A stretch of DNA of 64,000 nt, taken from positions 3,893-67,892 of the IMG/VR virus record IMGVR_UViG_3300022682_000033; one strand, given 5' to 3'. Shown here in pieces: positions 1 through 10,361 of this stretch. A program made the translations under genes and the position numbers. The notes under the pieces are model-generated. The model was not told the origin of the DNA, did no database searches, and worked only from the letters and a program-made list of their open reading frames with translations. Each line of letters opens with the position of its first letter. The stretch's first letter is position 1. Source of the DNA: a virus.

Positions 1-44
1 TTGAGCGTTTTTCAAGTGAGTGTTCCATAAAATCGAAAGGAATT

Positions 45-593
45 GTGGTTATGGGAGCTAAAATTGATGAAAAGGATGAACAAAAAACACGCGATGCCGT
101 CGCAAACGACGACCCGCCTATCAAAAAACATGAGAGTGCAATCGCCTTTGTGAAGGAAACTGTGTTTGGCAAAAGCAGTGGCAGCAGGGTTATTGAGGCG
201 TTGTCTGCTTCCGTTGACGCTTCTGGATTTGTTCTCGAAGACGGCTCTTTTGACGCCAGCGGGTATGCGGCCGCCTTGACTGAAATCCGCAACGGATTGG
301 ATGAGATTGTTGATGACGCCGTGACAAAAGCTGTCTCCGGAGCAGCATTGTCAATTATTAACGACGGTGACGAAAAACAAGTCGTTTTGAGCGTTGCCGG
401 AAAACAATACCCTATTTCATTGCCGAATGATTTTGTCGATACGCCCGAACCCAAAAAAGAGGCTGCCGGTAAAAAACAAAAAGACACTGCCGCCGCTTCT
501 CAAACAGTTAGCGGTGTTGGTTCTGTTGTCGGTGACGGCAATGCCAGTGACGGCTATGATAAGGATTATATCAAACGTCTGAGAAATAATTAA
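45..593 (+). CDS. Putative capsid scaffolding/head assembly protein
   Basis: Charged, low-complexity ORF directly upstream of decoration and capsid genes; position only. Confidence 0.4.
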   Translation: MVMGAKIDEKDEQKTRDAVANDDPPIKKHESAIAFVKETVFGKSSGSRVIEALSASVDASGFVLEDGSFDASGYAAALTEIRNGLDEIVDDAVTKAVSGAALSIINDGDEKQVVLSVAGKQYPISLPNDFVDTPEPKKEAAGKKQKDTAAASQTVSGVGSVVGDGNASDGYDKDYIKRLRNN

Positions 594-653
594 CCCAGGG
601 GATCAAACGCACAATCTTGATTTTTTGGTTATATAAAAAAGGAGATTAAAATT

Positions 654-1901
654 ATGTTAAGCAATTTCCCCGGTGGACCGGGATATTTCAAAAGCGGCCA
701 GGTTCGCGTTGAAGACCTTTGGGAATCGCCACAAGAACAAGCGATGTTGGCCTCAATTATGCTGGATGTCGGCTATGGAGTCCTCGTGCCTGGCATGGTT
801 TTGGCCATGAAAAGAACCGCCGCGAGTGGTGTTGGTAATAGAGTTCACGTGCCTTATGTTCCGGCTGTTTATGACGCAATGGTAACAAACCCGTACATGC
901 TTGCAGGGCGCATCTTTTTGACCGCCGATGCCGCTGATGGCGCCACGGTTGTATACGTTCCGATTGAGGATTCTTATCGTCTGAGCGTTGGCGATGAATT
1001 GATTGTGGCCGATGACGGAACCACTACACCTGAAAACCTCGGGCCGATTACAGCAATCGACAGAACGACCTCCGCCATTTTTGCCGGTGTAACCGCAACT
1101 TATCCGATTACTGCAAGTGGTGGGTTTACGACTTCCAATACCGCGTGTTGTTATCCGAATGGCAACCCATCCGCATTGCTTGCGAGTGATTTTGGGGCCG
1201 CAGCGAAACAGGTTGACACGCTCACATTAACCGGAACGAGTGGAACCGCGACCATTTCTGGCGCTGGTGATCTGACAAGAACCGCAACATTCGACACTGA
1301 TCTTACCACTACCGCGGGCAATTTTGTGACTGCCTACGCATCCGATTATCTCGGCCAGGATATCGTCCTGACCAGTTCCGGCGCCGATTTGGTTTTTACG
1401 GCACTGGTTGCCGGTGTGGGCTTCACCTCGCCGTCGATTGCGAATGCAACGACTGATTTGGCCGGTTCTGTTGTCAACACAACCGCGAACTCCACCGGGA
1501 AAAATGCGGTGGTTGCGAACGCCAATGCCGTTGGGTTAAAGGTCGGTCAAACCCTTGTCATTGTTGATGATGATTCCGACGCTGTCAATATCGGCACGAT
1601 TACCTCAATCACGAAGGGATCAACCAACACCACTATCGCTGTTTCAAATGTCCCGACCGGAACGTTTACAACCGACGCCGATGCAATGATTTACGTGTAC
1701 ACTCCGACGATGCAAACCGCAGTATGCATTCTCGGAAGAGAACGAAACACAGGCTATGGCAAGCTGGCTTCCGCTAACACCGCATACGGCCAGGGTATTT
1801 TTAAGAACGCAAAACTCAAACGCGCAGCGCTTGGCAATATTGACGCCGATGCCGTGAATGCGCTTGGTGCAAAAGAATTCGCCGGGTATTTGATGGTATA
1901 G
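654..1901 (+). CDS. Head decoration-like protein with Thr/Ala-rich insertions
   Basis: GYGVLVPGMVLA...AVCIL...FKNAKL framework, position before the major capsid gene, GGAGA RBS. Confidence 0.55.
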   Translation: MLSNFPGGPGYFKSGQVRVEDLWESPQEQAMLASIMLDVGYGVLVPGMVLAMKRTAASGVGNRVHVPYVPAVYDAMVTNPYMLAGRIFLTADAADGATVVYVPIEDSYRLSVGDELIVADDGTTTPENLGPITAIDRTTSAIFAGVTATYPITASGGFTTSNTACCYPNGNPSALLASDFGAAAKQVDTLTLTGTSGTATISGAGDLTRTATFDTDLTTTAGNFVTAYASDYLGQDIVLTSSGADLVFTALVAGVGFTSPSIANATTDLAGSVVNTTANSTGKNAVVANANAVGLKVGQTLVIVDDDSDAVNIGTITSITKGSTNTTIAVSNVPTGTFTTDADAMIYVYTPTMQTAVCILGRERNTGYGKLASANTAYGQGIFKNAKLKRAALGNIDADAVNALGAKEFAGYLMV

Positions 1902-1944
1902 CCTGGCTCAAAATTTTAACAAAAAGATATGAAGGAGATAGGTT

Positions 1945-3159
1945 ATGCCAATTCCTAAAATTGTAAGAACGTCAACAATTAACGAGGTTGTAAAAGACGC
2001 CATGCCGGATGAAGGCATGTACTTTTCAACCAAGTTCCCATCTCAGGTTAATTCGCCTACCAACGAGATTAAATATCTCATGCTGCACGGTACGAACGGG
2101 ATGGCCCCGATTACTGATCGTGGTGTCGCTGCTCCGCAGTACAGAGGCGGCGGGGCTTCCTGGGTGACGCAAAAAGGATGTCTGATCAATGAAAAAATCG
2201 TCTACACGGAAGAAGATTTGAATTTGTGTTTGAACCCCGATCCGGTCGCAAGACAGGCCGCTGAGGTTGCGTGTCTAGAAACCGTTGATGATTTGACTCG
2301 ACGTGTTATGCTGCGCCGTGAATGGCTCGCCGCCAGCATTCCATGCAATAAGGGTGTGATCGCCTACAAAGATCAAAGCGGGATGACGTTTAATGTAAAT
2401 TATCGCATTCCGTCAACTCACAAAGAAACTTTGACGGGCAATTATGTGTGGGGAACGGGCTCATCGAGAGACCCTATGGGCGATGTCAACACCAAAATGG
2501 ACGTTGTGAGAAAATCTTGTGGTTCCCCCGTAACCGCGGTGATCTGCAATTCAACTACGTTTAACACGTACATCGCCGGCGACACAACGCTTCGCGATAT
2601 GATGAAAAACAGCGCATTCAGGGGAGCCTACAATCCTATTACGCAACCCTGGGAAGCATACAAAGATTTGTTCAAGGTGCCGTTTGTGAGGTTTGACCAG
2701 GCGCACCAGGTTATTGCTCACATGACGAGTACAATCGTTTCTGATAAGTTCACAGTCGACAACGCCATTGACCTTCGCGCCGGGGCCACATTGCAGTTTT
2801 GCCGTGGTGATGAAGACAATTTTGAGGTTGTTGAAGAAGAAACCATTTCAAGCATCTCTGGAAATGAGATTACGCTTTCGGATTCCCCGAGCGAAACGTT
2901 CGTTCCGGGCAGGGATTTCGTGAAAGCCACCATTGAGTTTCTGCCTGACAAACGCCTTGTGTTTATGGCCGAGACAGTCGGCGGCAAGCCGCTGCTGCAA
3001 TGGAATAACGCCCCGATGGGCATTGGCGCCACGCGGTATGGTATGCTGCCCAAGACGTGGGAAGGCAACGATCCGGATGCGGTCAAAACTCGTATTCAGT
3101 GGCTTGGGATTTGGGCGTTGCGATCCAACCAGGCCATTGCCACTCTCGACGTAGCCTAA
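1945..3159 (+). CDS. Major capsid protein (lambda gpE-like)
   Basis: GMAP, DDLTRRVMLRREWLAA, W...SSRDPMGD and KTWEGNDPDA motifs typical of major capsid protein E. Confidence 0.8.
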   Translation: MPIPKIVRTSTINEVVKDAMPDEGMYFSTKFPSQVNSPTNEIKYLMLHGTNGMAPITDRGVAAPQYRGGGASWVTQKGCLINEKIVYTEEDLNLCLNPDPVARQAAEVACLETVDDLTRRVMLRREWLAASIPCNKGVIAYKDQSGMTFNVNYRIPSTHKETLTGNYVWGTGSSRDPMGDVNTKMDVVRKSCGSPVTAVICNSTTFNTYIAGDTTLRDMMKNSAFRGAYNPITQPWEAYKDLFKVPFVRFDQAHQVIAHMTSTIVSDKFTVDNAIDLRAGATLQFCRGDEDNFEVVEEETISSISGNEITLSDSPSETFVPGRDFVKATIEFLPDKRLVFMAETVGGKPLLQWNNAPMGIGATRYGMLPKTWEGNDPDAVKTRIQWLGIWALRSNQAIATLDVA

Positions 3160-3188
3160 ACCCAATTTCATAATGTGAAGGAGGGACA

Positions 3189-3593
3189 GTGATACTATTA
3201 CGGAACATAACTGGCGGTTACATTGTCGTTGATGGCAGTAAGGATGAGAACGGGCAATTGGGTCGGATGCGTATCAAACCCAATGGTACGTTTTGGTCTG
3301 AATCTAACATTGATGGTTACACCGAAATTGTTGAAAATAAACAAGAGCCGGTTTTGCAACAAATTGATGTAAAAGAAGAAGATGTTGATGATATTTCCGA
3401 ACCATCTGTTGTTGTGATTGATGATTTGCCGATTGATGACCTGCGCCAACTGGCAGTTGACATGGCGGAATCTAATCAGACGGTGCCGAAGCCGCATCCG
3501 AATATGGGCGCGGCGAAACTGAACAAGTGGGTCAGAAACTTCTTATACGAACACCCGCAATACGCCGATGAACAAGAAACAATTTATAAGTGA
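3189..3593 (+). CDS. Hypothetical virion/packaging protein
   Basis: RBS GGAGGG; acidic ORF following the capsid gene. Confidence 0.5.
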   Translation: MILLRNITGGYIVVDGSKDENGQLGRMRIKPNGTFWSESNIDGYTEIVENKQEPVLQQIDVKEEDVDDISEPSVVVIDDLPIDDLRQLAVDMAESNQTVPKPHPNMGAAKLNKWVRNFLYEHPQYADEQETIYK

Positions 3594-3978
3594 AACGTTC
3601 GAGGAATGGGCTGAATATCCCGACGCGAAGAAGATCGAGGCCGCCATACGCAAGGCTCAAACGACGTGTGGCGTTACCATTGAGTCCGCTTCCGAAGACA
3701 GCAACCAAAGGCTCTGGCTTGCCAACCGCGTTGAAAGAAACGTGATATGGTCATTGTTGCGTGATGAGGCAAGTTCGTATGATTATGCCGGTTCCCCGGT
3801 AAAGCAGGTGTTTGACTCGTATGAACGGCTTCTAAAAATGCTTGATGCGGAGTGGGAAGATGACTTTGCCGGTCAAGTATATGCCGGAAAGATTGGGTCA
3901 AGCCTGACTAATGGCACGGGAGTTTTCGGAGCCGTTGGTCCGGGATACCGATACGATAAGTTTGGCGTGCCGTTATGA
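3568..3978 (+). CDS. Putative head-tail adaptor
   Basis: Size and synteny. Confidence 0.45.
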   Translation: MNKKQFISETFEEWAEYPDAKKIEAAIRKAQTTCGVTIESASEDSNQRLWLANRVERNVIWSLLRDEASSYDYAGSPVKQVFDSYERLLKMLDAEWEDDFAGQVYAGKIGSSLTNGTGVFGAVGPGYRYDKFGVPL

Positions 3979-4583
3979 TTGATTATGGGCGCAGAGTCAG
4001 AACCATGATTGACAGGGTGGGCCGCAAATTTTATCCCCCTGGGGATTATCGTGCGGAATATGCGGCCTATCAGACAGTCGGAACAGGCAACCCTGATTAT
4101 TTAGGCGGGCATCAATGGCTCGGCAGGTTTTATTATGACACCGTTATCGAAGCCGGTGACGTGTTTTATTTTGCAGACGACGAAGATGTAAAATATTTAG
4201 TTGTTACAAAAACACCCATCAGACGCCAATCTAATGTGATTGAGAACCAATGCGGATTTATTGAGTCGAACCATATTGCCGATATATACCGCAAATCAAC
4301 TACACAGGACGCCACCACGGGCGAAAAGACAGACTCGTGGACGTTGACTAAGGGTGATCAAAATATCGTCTTATTTGACGCCTCGGCGGGCGTAACGGCT
4401 GCAATGTCAAATGCATTCCCGACCTATGCCGAACATGATGTCGCTATTTGGCTCCCGCATAGTGTTGGCGTTCAGAACGGTGATAGATTTGATGTTGATA
4501 GTGACTATTTCGTTGCAACAAAAATTTCAAAATATCAATCAGACGGCGTTGACGTTGTTTTTGCTGAGAGGGATGCGCGGTGA
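3975..4583 (+). CDS. Putative head closure protein
   Basis: Synteny; C-terminal GVQNGDRF..Y.V beta-barrel pattern. Confidence 0.45.
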   Translation: MIDYGRRVRTMIDRVGRKFYPPGDYRAEYAAYQTVGTGNPDYLGGHQWLGRFYYDTVIEAGDVFYFADDEDVKYLVVTKTPIRRQSNVIENQCGFIESNHIADIYRKSTTQDATTGEKTDSWTLTKGDQNIVLFDASAGVTAAMSNAFPTYAEHDVAIWLPHSVGVQNGDRFDVDSDYFVATKISKYQSDGVDVVFAERDAR

Positions 4584-5776
4584 AGCTTATACACGATGAT
4601 TGTTTAGACGTCCTAAGAAGTATGGAAGATAATACCATTGACGCAATCGTAACTGACCCACCATACGGACTTAAATTTATGTCAAAAAAGTGGGATTATA
4701 ACATTCCCGACGTTGATGTATGGCGCGAGTGTTTACGGGTTTTAAAACCCGGCGGTCATATTTTAGTTTTTGCGGGAACTCGCACCCATCACCGCATGGC
4801 ATGTGCAATTGAAGACGCTGGTTTTGAAATTCGCGATATGGTTGCTTGGGTTTATGGCAGCGGTTTTCCTAAGAATCATGATATAAGCAAGGCTATTGAT
4901 CGGAAACTTAGTAAAAAAAGAAAAATAATCGGGCGGAGGGTTTATGCCGATGGGACACCTGCGGGTGGAAGAAGATATGATTCTGTTGGTGAAGCTTGGC
5001 AGAGGCCTTGGAGAGCAAAACCACTAGAAAAGCAAGGCCAAGCATGGGAAACTGAGCCAGCCTCACAACAAGCTTGTCAATGGCAAGGCTACGGAACAGC
5101 CCTAAAACCAGCATTGGAGCCCATCACTCTTGCCCGCAAGCCGTTAAGCGAAAAGACGATTGCCGCAAACGTGCTCAAATGGGGAACCGGGGCGATAAAT
5201 ATTGATGGGTGTCGGGTGGAAATGCAGGCAGGAGACCAAAAGTCATTGTTTGGGCCGATAACACCACGCAAGCGTAAAGATAGCACAATTAATTGTTGTG
5301 GCAAAATAGATGCGCCACAAAAGCAAAACGTTGGGCGCTTTCCGGCCAATTTCATTCACGACGGCAGCGATGAGGTTGTTGGATTGTTTCCTGAAACAAA
5401 ATCCGGTTCAATATTGCCGCACCATAAGGCAAAAGAATCTGAAAACAGGGCCATGAGTGGCAAAAATTATGCCAGAACAGGGCAACTATTTGAAGGTTCA
5501 CAGGGCTCCGCTGCACGCTATTTTTACTGCGCCAAAGCAAGACCAAAGGAACGCGGGGAATACAACAATCATCCAACCGTCAAGCCGTTAAAGCTTATGC
5601 GTTATTTAGTGCGTTTGATAACGCCTCCGGGCGGTGTGGTTTTAGACCCCTTTTTGGGAAGCGGATCAACGGCAATTGCATGTGAAAAAGAAGGGTTTGA
5701 ATGTATTGGGATTGAAAAAGAAAAGGATTACATTGAAATTGCCGAGCGACGGTTGGCTGATTTTTTGCCAAATTAA
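4580..5776 (+). CDS. N6-adenine/N4-cytosine DNA methyltransferase (beta class)
   Basis: IVTDPPY catalytic motif, HPTVKP, VLDPFLGSGST SAM-binding motif. Confidence 0.92.
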   Translation: MKLIHDDCLDVLRSMEDNTIDAIVTDPPYGLKFMSKKWDYNIPDVDVWRECLRVLKPGGHILVFAGTRTHHRMACAIEDAGFEIRDMVAWVYGSGFPKNHDISKAIDRKLSKKRKIIGRRVYADGTPAGGRRYDSVGEAWQRPWRAKPLEKQGQAWETEPASQQACQWQGYGTALKPALEPITLARKPLSEKTIAANVLKWGTGAINIDGCRVEMQAGDQKSLFGPITPRKRKDSTINCCGKIDAPQKQNVGRFPANFIHDGSDEVVGLFPETKSGSILPHHKAKESENRAMSGKNYARTGQLFEGSQGSAARYFYCAKARPKERGEYNNHPTVKPLKLMRYLVRLITPPGGVVLDPFLGSGSTAIACEKEGFECIGIEKEKDYIEIAERRLADFLPN

Positions 5777-5781
5777 TTGAT

Positions 5782-6291
5782 ATGTTCACAATTGAGTTTG
5801 ATAAAACCGACATGAAGAAATATATCAAGTCTGTTGAAAATGTAAAAAAAACGATTGAAAAAGAGGAAAAAGAACTTCCCAAAAGCTGCGCTAAGGAGCT
5901 TGCAAATGCTATTTTAGAGAACATTTCAAATCAAGCATTTGCAATGGCTCCATACAATCAGCGTTATGCCCAATGGAAACAAGACCGTGTAGGACATCTA
6001 AAATATTGGTTGCTTGATGGTGATCTGTATGGATCAATAAAGGCTTTCAAGTATGAGGGCTTTTGGTTTGCCGGTATTCAACCGGGAATATTCGATAAGG
6101 GTGGGAAAAGCTGGCATAACACTGGCGGGAGGCCGATGGAAATTGTAAAATATGCACGCTGGCTTGAGAAAGGGCGTAAAGGGCAACCGGCCAGGCCATT
6201 GTTCGCTCCGACAACCGAGAATTACTCAAAAGCCGGTTTTATAAAACAACATGAGAAGTCAGCGAAAACGATAGAATCAAAATGGAGATAA
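5782..6291 (+). CDS. HK97 gp10-like neck/tail completion protein
   Basis: YARWLEKG...PARPLFAP motif and synteny. Confidence 0.65.
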   Translation: MFTIEFDKTDMKKYIKSVENVKKTIEKEEKELPKSCAKELANAILENISNQAFAMAPYNQRYAQWKQDRVGHLKYWLLDGDLYGSIKAFKYEGFWFAGIQPGIFDKGGKSWHNTGGRPMEIVKYARWLEKGRKGQPARPLFAPTTENYSKAGFIKQHEKSAKTIESKWR

Positions 6292-6297
6292 CGTCAA

Positions 6298-6774
6298 TTG
6301 AGCCTCGGAGCCAACCAAAAACTATCAAACATAAGGCGCTCAATACAGCGATATTTTGTTGAAACTATTGAAACACCTGATAACGGGATAAGTTTCTATT
6401 TTGACAATAACGCCTTTGACGTACCGACAACGGTTGCAAAATGGGTTGTTCTAAACTCAATTCGAGATGAAATTTCTGACTATTCAGGTTTTGAGTTTGA
6501 TTGCTTTATGTGTGCAAAAGATGATGATTATGGCCGGAAATGCTTGGCACTGAGAGATTTGGTTTATGATGCGATTACCGACTTCGACAATGATCAATGC
6601 GGCCTAAAGAGAATTACTCTATATGACATTGATAACGATTCTGGCACGTGGACTGATTCCGGGAATAAAATAGTATTTAACAATCTTATGCCCGGCGTCG
6701 GCCCATTAAACGGCCCTACAATTGGCCTAAAGTATTACAAGGCAGAAATAACTTCCAATATAATAACAGGATAA
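6298..6774 (+). CDS. Putative tail terminator
   Basis: Position before the major tail protein; size. Confidence 0.45.
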   Translation: MSLGANQKLSNIRRSIQRYFVETIETPDNGISFYFDNNAFDVPTTVAKWVVLNSIRDEISDYSGFEFDCFMCAKDDDYGRKCLALRDLVYDAITDFDNDQCGLKRITLYDIDNDSGTWTDSGNKIVFNNLMPGVGPLNGPTIGLKYYKAEITSNIITG

Positions 6775-6804
6775 AAAAACTTTATAATTTAGGAGAAAAA
6801 TAAA

Positions 6805-7716
6805 ATGGCTGGAGCAACTTATGTAAATCCTGAAAATGCGTTTGTCGGAAAATTCGACACTCGGCTTGGCCCGTGGGCGGCAAACATTGAGCAAACGACC
6901 GTGCAATTGACGAAATCAGCTAACAGTATAGGCGCCGTTTCCGAACAGGACATTGCCAGCGAGAAAGAGTTTTTGGATTTGATGCATGATTTTCCTGAGA
7001 CGATTGCATACACGATTCCGCTTAGCGAGTCATTCAAAGTCAATGTTTCCCCACAAGACATAAACCCTTTCAACATTGGCATTGCTAATGGTCTTAACCC
7101 TTATGATTCCGTTGCGGCGTCATATAGCGAGGTTGCTAAAAGCTCTACGTCCGGCACTTATGATGACACTAAGTTATCGTTTGACAATGACGGAACGCCA
7201 GCGGATACGTTTATTTTTGTGTTTACCGACGAGACAAATTTCAAATGCTATTCGGCATTGGATGGTTATCTGCAAGACGGCGGATCAGACGGCGCGGTAG
7301 CGTCCGAATTTGCGCCTGAAAATGGGTCTGACGTATACTTCACAATGGCCGCAAACTTCTTTACGGGTACTTGGGCCGCAGGCGACACATTAACGCTTCG
7401 TATGACTCCTTACGTTGCCGCTGGTAGCAATCTTTCGAGAACCACCGGCGAGGGTGGGGAGATAAAGCTTGGGAGTATTTTGGCTCCCGAAATTATGAGA
7501 TGCGAGTTGCATTTTCAGTACCCGAACGGAGATTATATGTATGTTGTTTTACCGCGTGCCCAGGTAAAAAGTCCTCTGTCTTTGGCAACTTCTATTTCCG
7601 AGGCATCCGCTATGTCTTGGGAAATTGTTGCTATCAGCGCCGATTCATCCGTCGATGGGATTAGCGTTACAACCTGGGATACGATGCCGCTTGGTAGAAT
7701 TTATTGGAGCAGTTAA
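6805..7716 (+). CDS. Major tail (tube) protein
   Basis: Synteny; IGAVSE and VVLPRAQV beta-rich motifs; AGGAG RBS. Confidence 0.65.
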   Translation: MAGATYVNPENAFVGKFDTRLGPWAANIEQTTVQLTKSANSIGAVSEQDIASEKEFLDLMHDFPETIAYTIPLSESFKVNVSPQDINPFNIGIANGLNPYDSVAASYSEVAKSSTSGTYDDTKLSFDNDGTPADTFIFVFTDETNFKCYSALDGYLQDGGSDGAVASEFAPENGSDVYFTMAANFFTGTWAAGDTLTLRMTPYVAAGSNLSRTTGEGGEIKLGSILAPEIMRCELHFQYPNGDYMYVVLPRAQVKSPLSLATSISEASAMSWEIVAISADSSVDGISVTTWDTMPLGRIYWSS

Positions 7717-7745
7717 TAAAAAAGACTAATGGAGGTTATTTAAAA

Positions 7746-8195
7746 ATGGCTCAAAAAAATAGTGTCAACCCAAAGATAAGAAAGTTCACCTTTGGGATTG
7801 ATGAATTGCAAACAGTCCAAATGTATCCGCTTTCGGTTGCAAATCAAAAACTTGTTTTGCAGTCTATTGTCGATGCATATTTTGAATTGGTTGGCGATAG
7901 CAGTAAACCAGAAGAACTTAAAAACGTAAGATATGTTGATCTTGCGCAAAAGGTTAAAGACGTTATTTTTGACAATGTTGATGATATCGCGAAGATGGTT
8001 TTTAGAGACTTTGATTCGGATATAACAACTGAAATTGACAATGACCAGCTTGTTCAATTCGTTGAAAATGTCTGGGAGCAAAATTTTGAGAACTCCTTAA
8101 AAAACGGGATGAGCCTCTTCAACAGGATCAAGTCAGCATTACCGAAGAAGAGGCCATCCAATTCGTCTGCGAGCACTACCCAGGATACCGATTAG
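7746..8195 (+). CDS. Tail assembly chaperone (gpG-like)
   Basis: Follows the tail tube gene; GGAGG RBS; slippery heptamer A-AAA-AAC at 8099-8105. Confidence 0.7.
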   Translation: MAQKNSVNPKIRKFTFGIDELQTVQMYPLSVANQKLVLQSIVDAYFELVGDSSKPEELKNVRYVDLAQKVKDVIFDNVDDIAKMVFRDFDSDITTEIDNDQLVQFVENVWEQNFENSLKNGMSLFNRIKSALPKKRPSNSSASTTQDTD

Positions 8196-8449
8196 AACAC
8201 TTTTACACGCTTTCCTATCTTGAAGGCGGCGTGACTTATGATCAGTTGTTTGGGCTGTACGAGCACAAGGTAAAATCGTTAAACAGGATGTATGGCGGCG
8301 ACGGCAAAAACACTGATGGCGACAATCAAAAAGAACAACCAAAGACAAAGGTTTACACCCAGGAAGAAATTGAGACCATGTCATGGGAAGAACGCGAAGA
8401 GCTTACGAGGCAAATGAAAGCCCATCATCGGAAAAGATTTTTCGGATAG
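8099..8449 (+). CDS. -1 frameshift extension of the tail chaperone (gpGT-like)
   Basis: The -1 frame is open from the slippery site into ORF 8231-8449. Confidence 0.7.
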   Translation, partial: KKRDEPLQQDQVSITEEEAIQFVCEHYPGYRLEHFYTLSYLEGGVTYDQLFGLYEHKVKSLNRMYGGDGKNTDGDNQKEQPKTKVYTQEEIETMSWEEREELTRQMKAHHRKRFFG

Positions 8450-8476
8450 ATAATCGTTTTATATATAATATTAACG

Positions 8477-8511
8477 AAGCCCGGCTGGTTTATCCTGTTT
8501 GGGCTTTTTTT
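8477..8511 (+). terminator. Intrinsic terminator after the chaperone genes
   Basis: AAGCCC...GGGCTT hairpin followed by a T-run. Confidence 0.6.
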
Positions 8512-8605
8512 ATTTTATTGACGCTTTTTGAAAACTTATGTTAATAGACGTTAATTAACGGCAATGACCATGCCAAAACAAAAGACCAAATTGAGGTAAA
8601 AAGCT

Positions 8606-10165
8606 ATGCAATATCCGAAAGATTATTATCCGACGCCAGAAAGCCTAATTGCGAAAATGGTTTCCAAAATTGACCGATTAAAGGAAAGCATATTAGAGCC
8701 ATCGGCGGGAGATGGCGCCATATTGGAATATTTGAAATCGTCTAAATATAAGTATCACGGTTTCAATGCAATGTGCGCAATCGAGAAAGATGAAAATCTC
8801 AGGTCAATTTTGACGGGCAAGGGTATAAGAGTAATCGACACAGATTTTTTGACATTCATAGGCCATGACAAGTTTGATCTTATAATTATGAACCCGCCCT
8901 TTTCAAAAGGAGCCGACCATCTCCTAAAAGCAATTGAAATTCTTTATTCAGGCCAAATAATTTGTCTTCTTAATGCAGAGACGCTAAAGAACCCGCATAC
9001 GAACAAGAGAAGGCATTTGGCAAGCGAACTTGAACGGCTTAATGCCGACATTGAGTATATCGAAGGGGCTTTCCTTGAGGCCGAGAGGCGCGCGGTGGTT
9101 GATATTGCATTGATTGACATTAGGGTCAATCGCAAGGTTGAAGATGATCTATTCGATGGTCTTTCAAAGCCTAAAGAAAAGAATATAGAAGTTGACACCG
9201 AATGCAAAGATGTCGCCACAAAAAAAACAATTAAGGATTTGGTTGCTGAATACAATCAATGCATGAGAATTGCACAGGAAACGCTTCTAAATTATTACAA
9301 AAATCATCGTAAAATTGGTGAATGGATAAGAATTAAAACATCGAAAGACGATTATTCAAAAGGGTCAACATTAACCGAGAAAATGCAAGCCGATATGAAT
9401 AATATATGTCAAGAAATGCGAGCATCCTTTTGGAAAAAACTTATTGATGTTGATATGGTCAGATGCCGATTGACTGGTAATAGATTTAAAGAATTTTACA
9501 GCAATATAGAAATTGTAAAGTCTCTTGATTTTACTGAATATAATTGCAATCAATTTATATTGAATACAATTAGAAACTTCCCAAAAACGATTGAAGAGGC
9601 CGTTCTTGAGATATTTGACATGTTCACAATCCGCCATGCTTATCATGAGGAATTGTACACCAAAAACATCCATTATTTCAACGGTTGGAGAACGAACAAC
9701 GCTTATAAGTGCAACAAAAAAGTAATAATTCCGATTAGGTCATCTTATGCAGAACCGTTTCAAAACTGGGGAAAATGGAGTCTTGACTATGAGGCTAAAC
9801 GTCAACTCAATGACATTGATTTGGTCATGAACTATTTTGACGGGATGCAAAGTAAGTATGCTCGTATGTCGGATGCTATTTCTGAAGCATTTGAAACAGG
9901 CCAAAACAAGGGAATTGAATCAACCTATTTCACTGTTGATTGTTTCAAAAAAGGAACCGCTCATTTAACATTCAATGACCATGACATTTTGAGACGATTC
10001 AATATTGCCGCTTGCAAAGGCAAAGGATGGCTTCCGAGAAATTACGGCGTTAAACCTGCAAAAGAAATTGAGACTCAAATTGTTGAGGAATTTGAAGGAC
10101 GTAAAAATTATAAAGTCGAAAACAATGTTTTGCAGACTGCTAATATTTTACGAATAGCGGCATAA
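8606..10165 (+). CDS. SAM-dependent methyltransferase with DUF4942-like C-terminus
   Basis: YYPTP, ILEPSAGDG and IIMNPPF motifs; C-terminal CFKKGTAHLTF. Confidence 0.8.
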   Translation: MQYPKDYYPTPESLIAKMVSKIDRLKESILEPSAGDGAILEYLKSSKYKYHGFNAMCAIEKDENLRSILTGKGIRVIDTDFLTFIGHDKFDLIIMNPPFSKGADHLLKAIEILYSGQIICLLNAETLKNPHTNKRRHLASELERLNADIEYIEGAFLEAERRAVVDIALIDIRVNRKVEDDLFDGLSKPKEKNIEVDTECKDVATKKTIKDLVAEYNQCMRIAQETLLNYYKNHRKIGEWIRIKTSKDDYSKGSTLTEKMQADMNNICQEMRASFWKKLIDVDMVRCRLTGNRFKEFYSNIEIVKSLDFTEYNCNQFILNTIRNFPKTIEEAVLEIFDMFTIRHAYHEELYTKNIHYFNGWRTNNAYKCNKKVIIPIRSSYAEPFQNWGKWSLDYEAKRQLNDIDLVMNYFDGMQSKYARMSDAISEAFETGQNKGIESTYFTVDCFKKGTAHLTFNDHDILRRFNIAACKGKGWLPRNYGVKPAKEIETQIVEEFEGRKNYKVENNVLQTANILRIAA

Positions 10166-10175
10166 GGAATAAAAA

Positions 10176-10361
10176 ATGCAATGTTCATTTTGTTCAATGC
10201 ATGCTTTAAGCGAGTCAGCGGAAGTGCCTGGAATATACTATTGTCGTAAATGTTTGATTGACCGGGTTGTTAATGATGGACCTAAAACAGCAATTTTGCT
10301 AAAAAACACCAATGAAATGGAGGAACAAAAAAATGAATCGAGATTTTATTACAACAATTGA
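10176..10361 (+). CDS. Small zinc-finger protein
   Basis: CSFC and CRKC pairs; AAGGA RBS. Confidence 0.55.
   Translation: MQCSFCSMHALSESAEVPGIYYCRKCLIDRVVNDGPKTAILLKNTNEMEEQKNESRFYYNN

Noticed and set aside
8450-8605. Possible mini CRISPR array or leader for the csf operon
   Set aside because: Only a terminator-like hairpin and AT-rich promoter-like sequence; no repeat-spacer units here or after the second csf3
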